A DNA stretch of 64,000 nt. It comes from Candidatus Hydrogenedentales bacterium (lineage in GTDB: Bacteria; Hydrogenedentota; Hydrogenedentia; Hydrogenedentales; JAEUWI01). The stretch spans positions 13,388-77,387 of the forward strand of contig JBHEKR010000124.1 of NCBI GenBank assembly GCA_041859365.1, in the 5' to 3' direction. The notes beneath the pieces are model-generated. The model was not told the DNA's origin, searched no databases, and saw only the letters and a program-made list of their open reading frames with translations. Position 1 is the first letter of the stretch, and every line of letters starts with the position of its first letter. A program made the position numbers and the translations under genes. This document shows, piece after piece, positions 1-9,994 of the stretch.

Positions 1-4
1 GACG

Positions 5-364
5 GTGGGCGCCCTCAATCTTGAGGAGGCGAGCGTGCTCCAGAGCAAGATCGACGCGGGGGAGATCCACGACCCATCTCTGGAAGCGGGTCTCGCCCTG
101 GCCAATCAGATGCGGCATGAGCCAGAGGCCGAGACGCAGGTTCCGGAGGCCCGGCGCCAGTTGGTCTTGCGGGCCGCCATCGACAAGGTGGGCAAACAGG
201 CCTTCGATGACATGACGCTGGACGAGATCAAGTTGCTCATGGCGTGTCATTCCCTCCTCACAAGTCGTCTGGAGCCCACCATGCGAGATCAACGGCTCCG
301 CCGTATTCTGGACGGCGCCATTAAGATCCTCCAGAAGCGAAAGGATAGCATGGAAGGGCTCTAA
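5..364 (+). CDS. hypothetical protein, C-terminal fragment (ORF open to the left window edge)
   Basis: The frame is open from the window edge to the TAA at 362-364. The GTG at 5 is probably internal. No family recognised. Confidence 0.45.
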   Translation: MGALNLEEASVLQSKIDAGEIHDPSLEAGLALANQMRHEPEAETQVPEARRQLVLRAAIDKVGKQAFDDMTLDEIKLLMACHSLLTSRLEPTMRDQRLRRILDGAIKILQKRKDSMEGL

Positions 365-396
365 AGCCCGGAATTGTCGCCCGGACCGTGAAATAA

Positions 397-425
397 TTGC
401 ATCCGCCGCGCCAACGGTTTATTAT
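397..425 (+). promoter_or_regulatory. sigma70-like promoter candidate upstream of fabA (TTGCAT-N17-TATTAT)
   Basis: TTGCAT at 397-402, a 17-nt spacer, then TATTAT at 420-425. It would give a leader of roughly 170 nt before the fabA GTG at 601. Confidence 0.3.
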
Positions 426-600
426 ATCGCCGGTGTTCCCTGTCTGGAATCCGCCCGCAGCGCCTTCCCCGTGAAAAGTCCTTTTAAGCGCTGTTCCGTC
501 CTTTTTCGCTTCGTGCAGGCCCTCTTGCCTGCCATGGCGTACGGGGTGTAGATGCGACAGGGAGCTGCAGCTCAATGAGTCTCGATACCAGGAGAGAATA

Positions 601-1125
601 GTGTCCACGGTTTCCACACAGCAGTCATTTTCCCGCGACGAACTCATTCTCGGTGGGCACGGGCGCCTCTTCGGTCCCGACTCGCCGCGTCTACCGCTAC
701 CCAACATGCTCATGATCGACCGGGTCACCCATATTGACCGGGACGGTGGCGCTTACGGTAAGGGACTTCTGGTCGCGGAACTGGATATCAATCCTGATTT
801 GTGGTTTTTCGGCTGCCACTTCGAGACAGACCCGGTGATGCCAGGCTGCCTGGGCCTCGACGCCATGTGGCAGCTTGCGGGTTTCTACATGGGTTGGGCC
901 GGCCACGAAGGCAAGGGTCGCGCACTGGGCGTGAAAGAAGTAAAGTTCACTGGCCAGGTGCTGCCGACCGCAAAAAAGGTCACCTACAGGATCGATATCC
1001 GCCGCCTGCTCGCGCTGAAACTCACCATGGTTGTCGCCGACGGCACCATGGAAGTGGACGGGCGCGAGATCTACAAGGCAAAGGAACTCAAGGTCGGGCT
1101 CTTCAGCAGCACAGACGGGTTCTAA
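601..1125 (+). CDS. fabA: 3-hydroxydecanoyl-ACP dehydratase/isomerase FabA
   Basis: 174 aa with a GTG start. Long blocks match E. coli FabA as I recall it: [16 protein letters not shown] (catalytic His), [16 protein letters not shown] (catalytic Asp), EGKGRALGV and [19 protein letters not shown]. Confidence 0.95.
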   Translation: MSTVSTQQSFSRDELILGGHGRLFGPDSPRLPLPNMLMIDRVTHIDRDGGAYGKGLLVAELDINPDLWFFGCHFETDPVMPGCLGLDAMWQLAGFYMGWAGHEGKGRALGVKEVKFTGQVLPTAKKVTYRIDIRRLLALKLTMVVADGTMEVDGREIYKAKELKVGLFSSTDGF

Positions 1126-1322
1126 GAAGCGCTTTCTAACACCGGAGTGCCGTGCCTCAACCGAGGTAAGGTGGCATCCCCTTCGCAGTGCGCTGGCCAG
1201 CGGACTCGAACTTGTATCAGCATAGTTGGGGTGAGATAGGTGTCGGCTATCAGCCCGACGTTCGGAAATGGACGAAACCCTTGGACGTCCCATACACGAA
1301 CGGAGTTCATTTCGAGCACGCT

Positions 1323-3821
1323 TCAGCGCTCTCCATCTTCCCAGGGCACGGCAAGTCCCAAATCTTCTGGCGGCGCGTCAATGTAGTACAGGTCCATCTC
1401 AACCCAGCCATTTCCGCCGGGCATGTCGTCCAGGTAGACCCGGGCCGTGAAGTTATTCTCTTCGTCCGGCTGCTCCATGATGAAAGGGTGGAGGGGGCGG
1501 GATTCAATGTTCACCGGTATCACGGTGACGTTGTCGGAGGGCAGGGGGGCGAGGGAGGTGAATTCCTTTACCTGCGCACCGTCCCACTGGATATGGTCGA
1601 TGGTATATTCCGCACCGCGAAAGTTCACAATGTCGCGACCATCGATCAATACGCGCATGTGGGCGAATTTGACGGCTTTGTCTTTGTGATCGGCCAGGAC
1701 TTTGGCGTAGAGGGCCTGCTGGGAGGCGATGGTGTTCTCCAGCTCCGAGCGGGTCGGTGCGGCTTTGAGGGCTTCGCGTGCGGCATCCACGTCTTCGGAG
1801 GCTTCTGCCATGGCCTTCATCAGCTCTTCAATGCCCCAGAGTTTGTAGGTGTAGCCCGGCACGTTCTGGAAGGCCTCGCAGGTCTTGCGGGTTTCTTCCA
1901 GCGTCCTGTCGAGGCGTTCTTTTCGGCCCTCATCCGAACGGTCCATATAGTCAAAGTAGGCGAAAATCGATTCCACATAGCGCAGGTTGGTCTCGATGAG
2001 CTTTCGGGTCATGTCCAGACGGGACTGGAGTGACTCGGCGATGGCGCGGTCTTCGAGAGTGGGTTTGACGGCCTCATACTTGGCGAACATGGACTCCGCT
2101 ACTTCTTGGCCGTCCTCAATGGCGCTCAGGGTCTCCCGTTTCCAGGGCTTGCAGCGAAGGTAGATTTTGCGCAGCCACTCCAGATGCTCCCGGCCTCCAT
2201 CGATGTTGGGATAGCCCTGCACGGGAAACTCGCCGACGCGCATGTGGTAGTGGGAATTGAACTGGCCATAGGAGATGGGCTCGATGTGCAGCCCGTACTG
2301 ATAGGCCCTGGGAGAAAGGAGGTAGAGATCCGCCATGCCTTCCGAGGCGTTTGGCCCGAAATGAATGGCGCAGAAGTCCCGGGCAATCTGCCGGATATCA
2401 TCGTAGGGATCCCACATGAGTCGGTAGAGGACGTAGGAATAGGCTTCTCGCGTTCCCCATCCATCGCCCTGAATACTGGCCAGGGCGGCGGCGCCCTTTA
2501 AGTTGGGATGTTCGTCCAGGAGAAAGGTCTGCATTCCGCCCTGAAAATACTGGCCGGAAAAGGTGGGGAAAAGATTGGACTTGCCGCCTTCGTAGTAGTT
2601 CATGGTTTCGAAGAGCACGATGGCATCGTGGGGAGACTGGTTGAAGGTGGGGTTGTAGGGCTGAAACCACCACCGATCGGCCCGTGTCACCTTGGGCATG
2701 ACGTAGAAATTCTTCGTCGGGATCTCGTCGGTAAATATCTCCCGAAACACGGCGGGTTGGGTGTGTACTTCGTGATCCACAAGACTCCACGTGAAGTGGA
2801 AGTACTGCTTGCCGTACTCCTCCGCCACCACCTCGTGCACTTTCTTCACGAAGGTGCGAAAGCGCTTTGGATAGGACCAATCCGCCTCGGGTGTCTCGTG
2901 CATGACGTCATAGGGGAGATAGTTGTCCCAGAAGCCCGAGATATCGTCGTTGCAGATCTCCACGCCATCGAGTTCCGGCAGGGCGGTAAAGAGCATGCGA
3001 AACTTGTCCTGGACCGCATCCCAGAATTTAGGGTCGTTTGGGTTGAGCGTGGCCCCGCGGTTTTCCAATAGTGAGGGATGATAGGTGAACTCGTTTGCAA
3101 AGCTGAAGTATTTCATGTGCATCGCGTGGGCATAGGCGATGAGCTCGCGGGTCTTCTCACGGTTGGCCGCATTGAGAGTGGCCTCGGGTTCCGATTCCCA
3201 GGGAACCAGATCGAGAATCGGCGTGCCCGGAACCCAGTTGATGCTGAGGCGCAGGGCTTGCTGTATTTCTTCCCGGCTGGAGCCCCCAAAACCCGAGCGG
3301 CCCCAGGCGCCACCCAGACGGATTTTCATCGCAGGTTCCCGCGTGACGGCCACGCTGTCGGGAATGCGCCGGTACACGCGCAGCCTGTCATGGAGCCAGT
3401 ACAGACCATAGACCGTGCCGATAGTTCCACGCGAAGCAACGGCAAAACCTCGGGCCCCGGCGTTGTCAAAGGGTACGATTGTGTAGCCCTGCTCGTCTTC
3501 TGGTGTGGCGAGGGTCTTGATGGTTCCCGATTCCAACAGGGCCGCGGTCCTTGTGTTTTCATCCGCTCCACCGACGAGAATGACATTACCAGCCACGGTC
3601 CCGTCGTCGTCGGTGACCGTGATCGGTATGCCGAAGCGCGGCCCAGTTTCCTGGAGGTCCGCCAGCACCACTTTCATAGCTTCGTCGCCCTGGAGCGCGG
3701 GAGAAACTACGATGGTCCAGGATTCGGCACCGACCGGGGCGATTGCTCCAGCGAGGCAAAGAAAAAGGAGGGACACAATAAACCGGGGCATTTTGGCCCT
3801 AAGCGATCTGGCCATAATCAT
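1323..3821 (-). CDS. secreted glycoside-hydrolase-like protein (GH20b/GH67-N-type N-terminal domain plus large catalytic-like core; family uncertain)
   Basis: 832-aa ORF. Signal peptide MPRFIVSLLFLCLAGAIAPVGA; the true start may be the Met at 3791. The N-terminal module GYTIVPFDNAGARGFAVASRGTIGTVYGLYWLHDRL resembles the N-domain seen in GH20/GH67/GH115 enzymes. Confidence 0.7.
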   Translation of the reverse strand: MIMARSLRAKMPRFIVSLLFLCLAGAIAPVGAESWTIVVSPALQGDEAMKVVLADLQETGPRFGIPITVTDDDGTVAGNVILVGGADENTRTAALLESGTIKTLATPEDEQGYTIVPFDNAGARGFAVASRGTIGTVYGLYWLHDRLRVYRRIPDSVAVTREPAMKIRLGGAWGRSGFGGSSREEIQQALRLSINWVPGTPILDLVPWESEPEATLNAANREKTRELIAYAHAMHMKYFSFANEFTYHPSLLENRGATLNPNDPKFWDAVQDKFRMLFTALPELDGVEICNDDISGFWDNYLPYDVMHETPEADWSYPKRFRTFVKKVHEVVAEEYGKQYFHFTWSLVDHEVHTQPAVFREIFTDEIPTKNFYVMPKVTRADRWWFQPYNPTFNQSPHDAIVLFETMNYYEGGKSNLFPTFSGQYFQGGMQTFLLDEHPNLKGAAALASIQGDGWGTREAYSYVLYRLMWDPYDDIRQIARDFCAIHFGPNASEGMADLYLLSPRAYQYGLHIEPISYGQFNSHYHMRVGEFPVQGYPNIDGGREHLEWLRKIYLRCKPWKRETLSAIEDGQEVAESMFAKYEAVKPTLEDRAIAESLQSRLDMTRKLIETNLRYVESIFAYFDYMDRSDEGRKERLDRTLEETRKTCEAFQNVPGYTYKLWGIEELMKAMAEASEDVDAAREALKAAPTRSELENTIASQQALYAKVLADHKDKAVKFAHMRVLIDGRDIVNFRGAEYTIDHIQWDGAQVKEFTSLAPLPSDNVTVIPVNIESRPLHPFIMEQPDEENNFTARVYLDDMPGGNGWVEMDLYYIDAPPEDLGLAVPWEDGER

Positions 3822-3899
3822 TACTCATTTCATTCGCGTGACGGGGTCCGCACTAAACTATAGACCGAGCCGGTTGACACGGGGAGCGAGAGGAGACCG

Positions 3900-5942
3900 T
3901 CAGGCCTCGTCGGGCTTGAAGCGCCGCGCGGCAATTTCGAAAAATACGACGCTGGCGAGAAAGCCAAGCGAGGCGACCAACAATACCGGCCGGGGCAATC
4001 CGTTTGCCTCGAAGCTCTCCAGTTGCAGGAACTGCCCCACTGCGGCGGGCATGCGGCCGCTGGTGAGCAGGATAGCAAAACTGTTATTCATCAGATGAAC
4101 GAGCATCGCGGCGTAGATGGAGCCCGTACGCACCGTGAGGTAGGTTAGCACCATGCCGAGTACGGCAATCGGCGGAATCCGGAAAACGTCCAGATGGAAG
4201 AGGCCAAAGAGGGCGCCCACCAGGATGATCGCCGGCCAGGCGCCCAGGCGTTGGCGGAGTCCGGAGAGAATGGCGCCGCGAAAGAGCACTTCCTCGCAGA
4301 TGGCCGGGGAGACGGCCGCAACGAAAAGCAGAAACAAGAGTTGGGAAATGCTGCCGTCGCTACTGAAGAGTTGGCCCATGGCCTCCTGAATTTCTTTTGG
4401 CATGGGCAGGACTTTGTTGAAAAGGTAGCTCAATTGAATGACGAGAATAATCGAAAAAAGGCCGATACTCAGCGAGCCAAGAAAGCCCCACCAGTGCAAC
4501 GGGCGAAGATTCAATGCCGAACGGAAATTTACCTTTCCATAGCCCAGGAGGAAGAGAATAGGGGTAAGCAGGAGCAGCCATTCCGTGATGAGGAGGCCTG
4601 GAAGCAATTGCCAGGATTGGGCCGTGCTCCCGAGGGTGAAGAGAATGATCAGGAGCACGGTGAACAGGCCCATCGCCATGGAGGCGGTGAGGGTCTGTCG
4701 GGGGCGGAACTCGCTCCGCCGCCAAGTAAGGGGAAAGCCCTTCTCCTCGGATAGGATCACCTCTTCGCGTTGGAACAGCCAGGCCGCGAAGAGGAGGGAG
4801 AGGGCTGCGAAGGCGGCCGTGCTGAGAAAGACGGGAAAAGCATCCAGCAGGCCCGCCTTGCCCGTCATCATATCGCGAAACAGGAGAATGGCGTTGGCGA
4901 CCGGGATGAACTGGGTCATGGTGTTCAGCTTGACACCCGGCATGGCGGCGAAGAGGGCCGGCATGGTAATGACTATCAGAAAGGGCGTGACATAATTCTG
5001 GGCTTCTTTGAAGCTGCGCGCGAATACGGCGATCGCCATCATCAACGCGGAAATGAAGAAGGCGAGGGGAATCATAATCAGGAAGATAACGAGAATGGCA
5101 CTCGGCGGAAATTTAAGCTCGAATGGAATGACGGTATCCACATTCTGCTGCACTTGACTGGCCATGAAGGCAAAAGTCGCCGCCATGCTGGCCAGATTCA
5201 ACAGGCCCGCAGCCATGGCGAGCAGAAATACGGTCAGGAATTTTCCCGCCACGATTTCCAGCTTGCTCGCGGGGGTGGAGAGCAGGGTTTCGAAGGTGCC
5301 TCGTTCCTTTTCACCGGCAGTGACATCGACCGCCGGGTAAAATGCGCCCACCGCGAGCATGACCACCATGAGGATCGGCAACACCGTTCCCAGGGCGTTT
5401 CCGGTGGTCTTGGCGGGTGGCGACACGTCCTTACGCTCGATTTTGATAGGTTCGATATAGTCCGCCTCCAGCCCCATGGATTTCAGGCGGACCTCCAGCA
5501 TGGACTCCGCATCTTTGTCGAGGCCGTCGCGCAGCCGGCCTGCCGCGTCCATGGATTCGAACTCAGTGGAATCGAAGCGAAGCTCCACATTTACTGATTT
5601 CCCCTCGCCGAGAAGCGAGGCCACGGGACCCTCGACAAATACGATGGCCTCGAGATCGCCGTGCTCCAGCGCTGCGGCGGGGTCGGGAACCTCCACAATC
5701 TCGATTTTCTCCACATCGACGAGCCACGTCCGGACCGTGTCGGGCTCCGAAGTTTGCAAGGCAACGCGGGAGATTTTCTTGTCCAGGCTCGCGCTCTGGA
5801 TCAGCAAGCCCTGTAATCCAACGATGAGCAGGAGGGGATAGAGGAGCATGGGCACGCCGATCATCATGATCAGCGTGCGCTTGTCCCGCATGGTGTCGAG
5901 CATTTCCTTCTTGAAGATGGTGTTGGCGATACGGAAATTCAT
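3900..5942 (-). CDS. ABC-2/NatB-type permease fused to a C-terminal CPBP (CAAX-type) intramembrane protease domain
   Basis: The N-terminus MNFRIANTIFKKEMLDTMRDKRTL, a large extracytoplasmic loop and a TM bundle are typical of NatB-like permeases. The C-terminal ~250 aa (about 3900-4655) carry the CPBP motifs EEVLFRG, FGLFH and HLMNN. There is a 4-nt overlap with the upstream ATPase gene. Confidence 0.85.
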   Translation of the reverse strand: MNFRIANTIFKKEMLDTMRDKRTLIMMIGVPMLLYPLLLIVGLQGLLIQSASLDKKISRVALQTSEPDTVRTWLVDVEKIEIVEVPDPAAALEHGDLEAIVFVEGPVASLLGEGKSVNVELRFDSTEFESMDAAGRLRDGLDKDAESMLEVRLKSMGLEADYIEPIKIERKDVSPPAKTTGNALGTVLPILMVVMLAVGAFYPAVDVTAGEKERGTFETLLSTPASKLEIVAGKFLTVFLLAMAAGLLNLASMAATFAFMASQVQQNVDTVIPFELKFPPSAILVIFLIMIPLAFFISALMMAIAVFARSFKEAQNYVTPFLIVITMPALFAAMPGVKLNTMTQFIPVANAILLFRDMMTGKAGLLDAFPVFLSTAAFAALSLLFAAWLFQREEVILSEEKGFPLTWRRSEFRPRQTLTASMAMGLFTVLLIILFTLGSTAQSWQLLPGLLITEWLLLLTPILFLLGYGKVNFRSALNLRPLHWWGFLGSLSIGLFSIILVIQLSYLFNKVLPMPKEIQEAMGQLFSSDGSISQLLFLLFVAAVSPAICEEVLFRGAILSGLRQRLGAWPAIILVGALFGLFHLDVFRIPPIAVLGMVLTYLTVRTGSIYAAMLVHLMNNSFAILLTSGRMPAAVGQFLQLESFEANGLPRPVLLVASLGFLASVVFFEIAARRFKPDEA

Positions 5943-6688
5943 GCGGCGGGTTCCGTTTCCTCACCCACCAGATTCAGGAAGGCCTGTTGGAGATTTTGCG
6001 CACCCGACTGGGCGTAGAGTTCTTCCATCGTGCCCACCGCCATCAGATCGCCTTTGTAAATGAGGCCGACCCGATCACAGAGCATCTCCGCTTCGGTCAT
6101 GTAGTGCGTGGAAAAGATAATGCTGTGGCCCCGGCCCTTGGCATCGCGAATGAAATCCAGGATCGCGCGGCTGGTCATGATGTCCAGGCCCATCGTCGGC
6201 TCGTCCAAGATTAACACCTTCGGATCGTGAAGAATTACCCGGGCGATGGAAACCTTCTGGGTCTGGCCCGTGGACAGGGCTTCACAGCGCCGATCAAGAA
6301 AGGGCTTCATATCCAGCATGCCCGCGAGGGTCTGGATGCGGTAATCGATGTAGGCGTCTTCCATGCCATAGAGGCGTCCGAAATAGCGGAGCACTTCCGT
6401 CGCCGTGAGCCGACCGTAGAGCTTCGTGTTTCCGGAAAGAAAGCCAATATCCTTGCGGATATCGTCCCTGGCCTCGTCGGTCCGTACGTTGCCCACCCAA
6501 CAGTACCCGGATGTGGGGGAGATTATGGTGCCGAGCATCCTGAGGAGTGTCGTCTTGCCGGCGCCGTTCGGTCCCAGGAGACCGAACACCTCGCCGGGTT
6601 CGACGGTAAAGGTGGCCCCTTTTACCGCCTCCACCGCCTCGCCGCGAGGGGGATAAAAGACTTTACGTAATGATTCTGCACGTAGCAT
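5939..6688 (-). CDS. ABC transporter ATP-binding protein (NatA-like)
   Basis: Walker A GPNGAGKTT, signature LSTGQTQKV, Walker B LILDEPTMGLD, H-loop FSTHYM. ATGA overlap with the permease gene. Confidence 0.92.
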   Translation of the reverse strand: MLRAESLRKVFYPPRGEAVEAVKGATFTVEPGEVFGLLGPNGAGKTTLLRMLGTIISPTSGYCWVGNVRTDEARDDIRKDIGFLSGNTKLYGRLTATEVLRYFGRLYGMEDAYIDYRIQTLAGMLDMKPFLDRRCEALSTGQTQKVSIARVILHDPKVLILDEPTMGLDIMTSRAILDFIRDAKGRGHSIIFSTHYMTEAEMLCDRVGLIYKGDLMAVGTMEELYAQSGAQNLQQAFLNLVGEETEPAA

Positions 6689-6843
6689 GGGCTCTCCTCG
6701 ATTTCAACACTTCTAAGGTTGGCAATTTCGTGGGGAACAAGTCAAGAGAAGGGGGATGAAGTTTGAAGGGCGAAAGATGAGTTTGAGTCCCACCCTTCTT
6801 CGAGCTATTGGCTTTCCGCCTGCAGCCTCTTAGACTTCACCCC

Positions 6844-7620
6844 TCAGGTCTGGGTTTTCTTTCCGCGAAAAATGGAGTCGACCGTGTTCCGAAGATACTG
6901 CTCATCGGTTATCCCGGCGATTGCCGCGTCGGGAAACTCGACTTTCTCGCGGAAGTGTTCCGTCAGTTCCTTGAATACACGGACCCGTGCGTTCGGGTCG
7001 AGGCTCTCCCGTCTCAGGAGCGCGCGCACCAGCAAGTCTGCTTCCTCAGGACTCACCTGCTGGCGCAGGCGGCCTTCGAGGTGGGGGTAGTCCCGGAAGG
7101 AGTTGTACTTTCCCGGCAGAACCTTCGCGAAATCCGGAGGTGAATCCTGGGGCAGGTAGGTGACGATGGAATTGGCGGCAATGTCGCCCAGTCGCTGATT
7201 ACGCGAGTTGAAAAGCATCGTTCCACCACCGAGGGCGTAGGCGATGGGTAGCATATCCACCACCCGTATCAGGTTGCGGAGGACGATTTGGTTCAACTGG
7301 AGGCGCAGTCCCCCGGCATCCATCACCCGCAAACGCAGGATACGCTTGCCGAGAGTCTGGCCGCGAAATCTCCACTCCATGACGATTCGGTAGCCGAAGC
7401 CAAAGGCAAATACGAAGACCGTTGCCATCGCGAAGCCGACATTGCCCACGAGAATCCCGCTGGACCCTGCAATGCTGAAGGTGGCCGAAGAGACGGCCGC
7501 GATCACCAGCAGATCGATCAGCCAGGCGAGAAAGCGCGTGAAAGGTCCGGCAAGATAAAGGGAAAAGGCGACCCCTTCGGGTGTCTGAATCAGGATTCGT
7601 TTTCGGAGATCGTGACTCAT
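6844..7620 (-). CDS. RDD family membrane protein
   Basis: The N-terminal segment FTRFLAWLIDLLVIAAV and the region GKRILRLRVMD...RLGDIAANSIV are typical of RDD domains. Last gene of the MoxR cluster, with a 4-nt overlap with the upstream gene. Confidence 0.8.
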   Translation of the reverse strand: MSHDLRKRILIQTPEGVAFSLYLAGPFTRFLAWLIDLLVIAAVSSATFSIAGSSGILVGNVGFAMATVFVFAFGFGYRIVMEWRFRGQTLGKRILRLRVMDAGGLRLQLNQIVLRNLIRVVDMLPIAYALGGGTMLFNSRNQRLGDIAANSIVTYLPQDSPPDFAKVLPGKYNSFRDYPHLEGRLRQQVSPEEADLLVRALLRRESLDPNARVRVFKELTEHFREKVEFPDAAIAGITDEQYLRNTVDSIFRGKKTQT

Positions 7621-8648
7621 GTGGATCGGGATGCTCCGGCGGGCTTGAGGTTGTCGGCGGGGTTACTGCGTCCCGCGCGGCTCAGATAGATAATGAGCGC
7701 CGCGAGCTCCAGCGCGCCAAAACTTATCTTGAGCCAGTAGGGAAGATAGGGCTCGTGATACTGGGAGAAAAAGGACTCCACGATGCCGGCCCAGACGAGC
7801 ATGATGGCAACGCCGGTGATGAGCGTGACGAGATCCGGGCCCACGGCGCGGAGGCGCGCACTGAGCACGAGGTGGTCTCCGAAGCCGATCAGGGCGTGGG
7901 CGAGGACCAGTCCCGCCTGGCCCGCCAGGAAGATGGCGGGCAACTCGATGGAGCCATGGGGAAGCAGCCACCCAAGCAGAAAGACGGTCTGGCCGTCGGC
8001 CATATAGTCGAAGACGACGGCCCCGAGGATGACTCCGTTATAAAACAGCACAAGAAAGGTGCCCAGGCCAAAGGTCATCCCCAGGGCGAGGGCCGTGATG
8101 CTCACGCGAATATTGTTCTGCATCAACTGGGCGGAGAACATGCTTCGCGAGCCCGACATGCGGTCTTCGGTGACCGACTCCTCCTTCGCCACCCGCTCGG
8201 AAGGGCTTCCCATGAGGTGGTCGAAGGGCAGAATGACCCGTTTTGCTGGGGAATCGGTCGCCACGACCAGTGCCCCGAAGGCTGCGCCGATCAGGGTTAC
8301 AAAAAGGGTAAGGTGAAAGGCGCGAATATGGCGACGGAAGGCCTGGGGGAAGGTTTTCATCACCCACTCGCCCACGCGGATACGGTCGGCTCCACGGCGC
8401 ACCTCGTGCACCTCCGCGTAGGCCCGCGCCACGAGATTCTCCAGGTAGCGCCGGGTTGTGGGTTCGGCGGAAAAGGTGCTGATCCGCGCCAGGTCGGAAG
8501 CAGTACGCTGATAGAGATAGTTAAAGCGCTTTACCCGTTCCAGCGGTAAGGGATTGCCTGTTCGCTCTTCCAGCATCGCAAGCAACTTGTCGAGCTCGTC
8601 CCAGTAGGGTTGCTCGGAGGCGATGAATTTCTCGAGGTCGATAATCAT
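7617..8648 (-). CDS. SpoIIM/DUF95-like integral membrane protein
   Basis: Motifs FYNGVILGAVV and LPHGSIELPAIFLAGQAG. Start placed at the Met of MIIDLEKF (8648), which forms an ATGA overlap with the DUF58 stop. The longer ORF to 8777 is probably an artefact. Confidence 0.8.
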   Translation of the reverse strand: MIIDLEKFIASEQPYWDELDKLLAMLEERTGNPLPLERVKRFNYLYQRTASDLARISTFSAEPTTRRYLENLVARAYAEVHEVRRGADRIRVGEWVMKTFPQAFRRHIRAFHLTLFVTLIGAAFGALVVATDSPAKRVILPFDHLMGSPSERVAKEESVTEDRMSGSRSMFSAQLMQNNIRVSITALALGMTFGLGTFLVLFYNGVILGAVVFDYMADGQTVFLLGWLLPHGSIELPAIFLAGQAGLVLAHALIGFGDHLVLSARLRAVGPDLVTLITGVAIMLVWAGIVESFFSQYHEPYLPYWLKISFGALELAALIIYLSRAGRSNPADNLKPAGASRST

Positions 8649-9994
8649 AGTAGTTGCCGCTGCTTTACACTGACGTACTGGGCCACCATGTCGCCGCAAA
8701 GGCTTTCGTGGCCCGCGAGGTGCATGTCCACACCATGACGGTGAAGGCTGCGCTGAGTTTCGCGAAGACTCTGCCATTGCAGGTGCCCGCCCAGGCGCGC
8801 GTATATTTCGTCGGAATGCCGGACGTCGCCCTGGCTGAAGAGGGGCCGGACATGGCTCGGGGTAATCATGTTTACCATGACCAGATGCCGGTTGCTCAGC
8901 AACTCAAGATTCCGGCTGAGGCCCTCCGCGAGAACAGGATCATCCAGATTGGTCAGAAATATTACGAGCGCGCGGCGTCGGAGCCGCATTCTGATGAACG
9001 TGCAAACGTCTTCGAAATCGGGATTCACAAGGCGGGGCTGGAGGGTGTAGAGGGCTTCCCGGCAGCGGTTGAAGTGACCCCGCCCCTTGCTCGCGCGAAT
9101 AAACGAATGGACTTGGTCGCTGAAGGCCGCGAGTCCGAAGAAATCCCCCTGCTTTTCAGCCACCACGCCAAGCAGCAGCGCCGCGCGCAACAAAAGCTCC
9201 AATTGGGCCTCGGGCTCCGCGCCCGGAAGCCGTCCGGGGATCGGGCGTGCGCTCAGGCGCGAAGCATCCACCACCACATAGACTTCCTGGGTGCGTTCCA
9301 CCTGATACGTCTTGGTTATGGGGTGTCCACGCCGCGCGGTAGCCTTCCAGTGAATGTCTTCATAGCTGTCGCCGGGAATGTACTCCCGCAGTTGCTCGAA
9401 CTCGCGCCCTTTGCCGACCAGACGCTGGGCGTGCATGCCGACGCCCTCACGGTTGAGGAAGAGGGACGCCATCCGATTGCGTTCCGCGAGGAGGTTCGGG
9501 TAGATGCGAACTTCCGCGCGCTGCTCGTACTGACGTCGGACAGCCCAGAGACCCAGTGTGGAGACCTCCTCCACATAAACACCCGTGATGTAATGTTGGC
9601 CTCGCTGTGCGGGCAGGCAATCCCAGGAAAGGGGGTAGGAGCCCGCCGCACCCGGCACGTGCACGGTTTGGATGGGGCGGGTGGTGCGCAATGCTTCGGG
9701 AAAAGCCAGGCCCACGCGGATGAGTTGCGTGCGGGGTGTATCGCTGTTCTTATTCAGCGAGGCGAGAAAGGCGCCGGGCCGCTGAAGGGAATAGCGACTG
9801 ATGGCGGGCAGTTGCACGGAGAAGGTTGGTGCGGTCCGAATCGCCCGAGCCAGGTCTCCAATCACGATCACGGCAGCGAGGAGGAATAGGGCCAGGCATG
9901 GGAGGGCCATTCCGGGCGACAGGCCCCCGGCGAGACCCAGAGGCAGGCCGAGCCAGGCGCACCACCAGAGCAATCGTGTGGTCGGCGCAGTCAT
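8645..9994 (-). CDS. DUF58 (vWA-like) protein, partner of MoxR
   Basis: N-terminal TM hairpin, then [46 protein letters not shown], the characteristic DUF58 core. ATGA overlap with the MoxR stop. Confidence 0.88.
   Translation of the reverse strand: MTAPTTRLLWWCAWLGLPLGLAGGLSPGMALPCLALFLLAAVIVIGDLARAIRTAPTFSVQLPAISRYSLQRPGAFLASLNKNSDTPRTQLIRVGLAFPEALRTTRPIQTVHVPGAAGSYPLSWDCLPAQRGQHYITGVYVEEVSTLGLWAVRRQYEQRAEVRIYPNLLAERNRMASLFLNREGVGMHAQRLVGKGREFEQLREYIPGDSYEDIHWKATARRGHPITKTYQVERTQEVYVVVDASRLSARPIPGRLPGAEPEAQLELLLRAALLLGVVAEKQGDFFGLAAFSDQVHSFIRASKGRGHFNRCREALYTLQPRLVNPDFEDVCTFIRMRLRRRALVIFLTNLDDPVLAEGLSRNLELLSNRHLVMVNMITPSHVRPLFSQGDVRHSDEIYARLGGHLQWQSLRETQRSLHRHGVDMHLAGHESLCGDMVAQYVSVKQRQLL

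Noticed and set aside
1194-1211. TGGCCAGCGGACTCGAAC, which looks like the reverse complement of a tRNA 3' end (T-loop GTTCGAGTCC plus CCA)
   Set aside because: The flanking bases cannot form a T-stem (ACAAG versus CCGCT). No acceptor, anticodon or D arms can be drawn. At most it is a decayed tRNA fragment, not a gene.
6740-6810. GAAGGG...CCCTTC complementary words and ATGAAGTTTGAAG / ATGAGTTTGAG direct repeats between the RDD gene and the ABC ATPase gene
   Set aside because: There is only a 6-bp stem with a ~24-nt loop and no U-tract. That is too weak to call a terminator or element.
8654-9889. 411-aa plus-strand ORF opposite the DUF58 gene. Similar long antisense ORFs lie at 7581-8549, 30782-31792, 33404-34423, 50447-51484 and 53584-54918
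   Set aside because: Each lies entirely within a better-supported gene on the other strand and has no recognisable domain or signal. They are treated as GC-rich frame artefacts.
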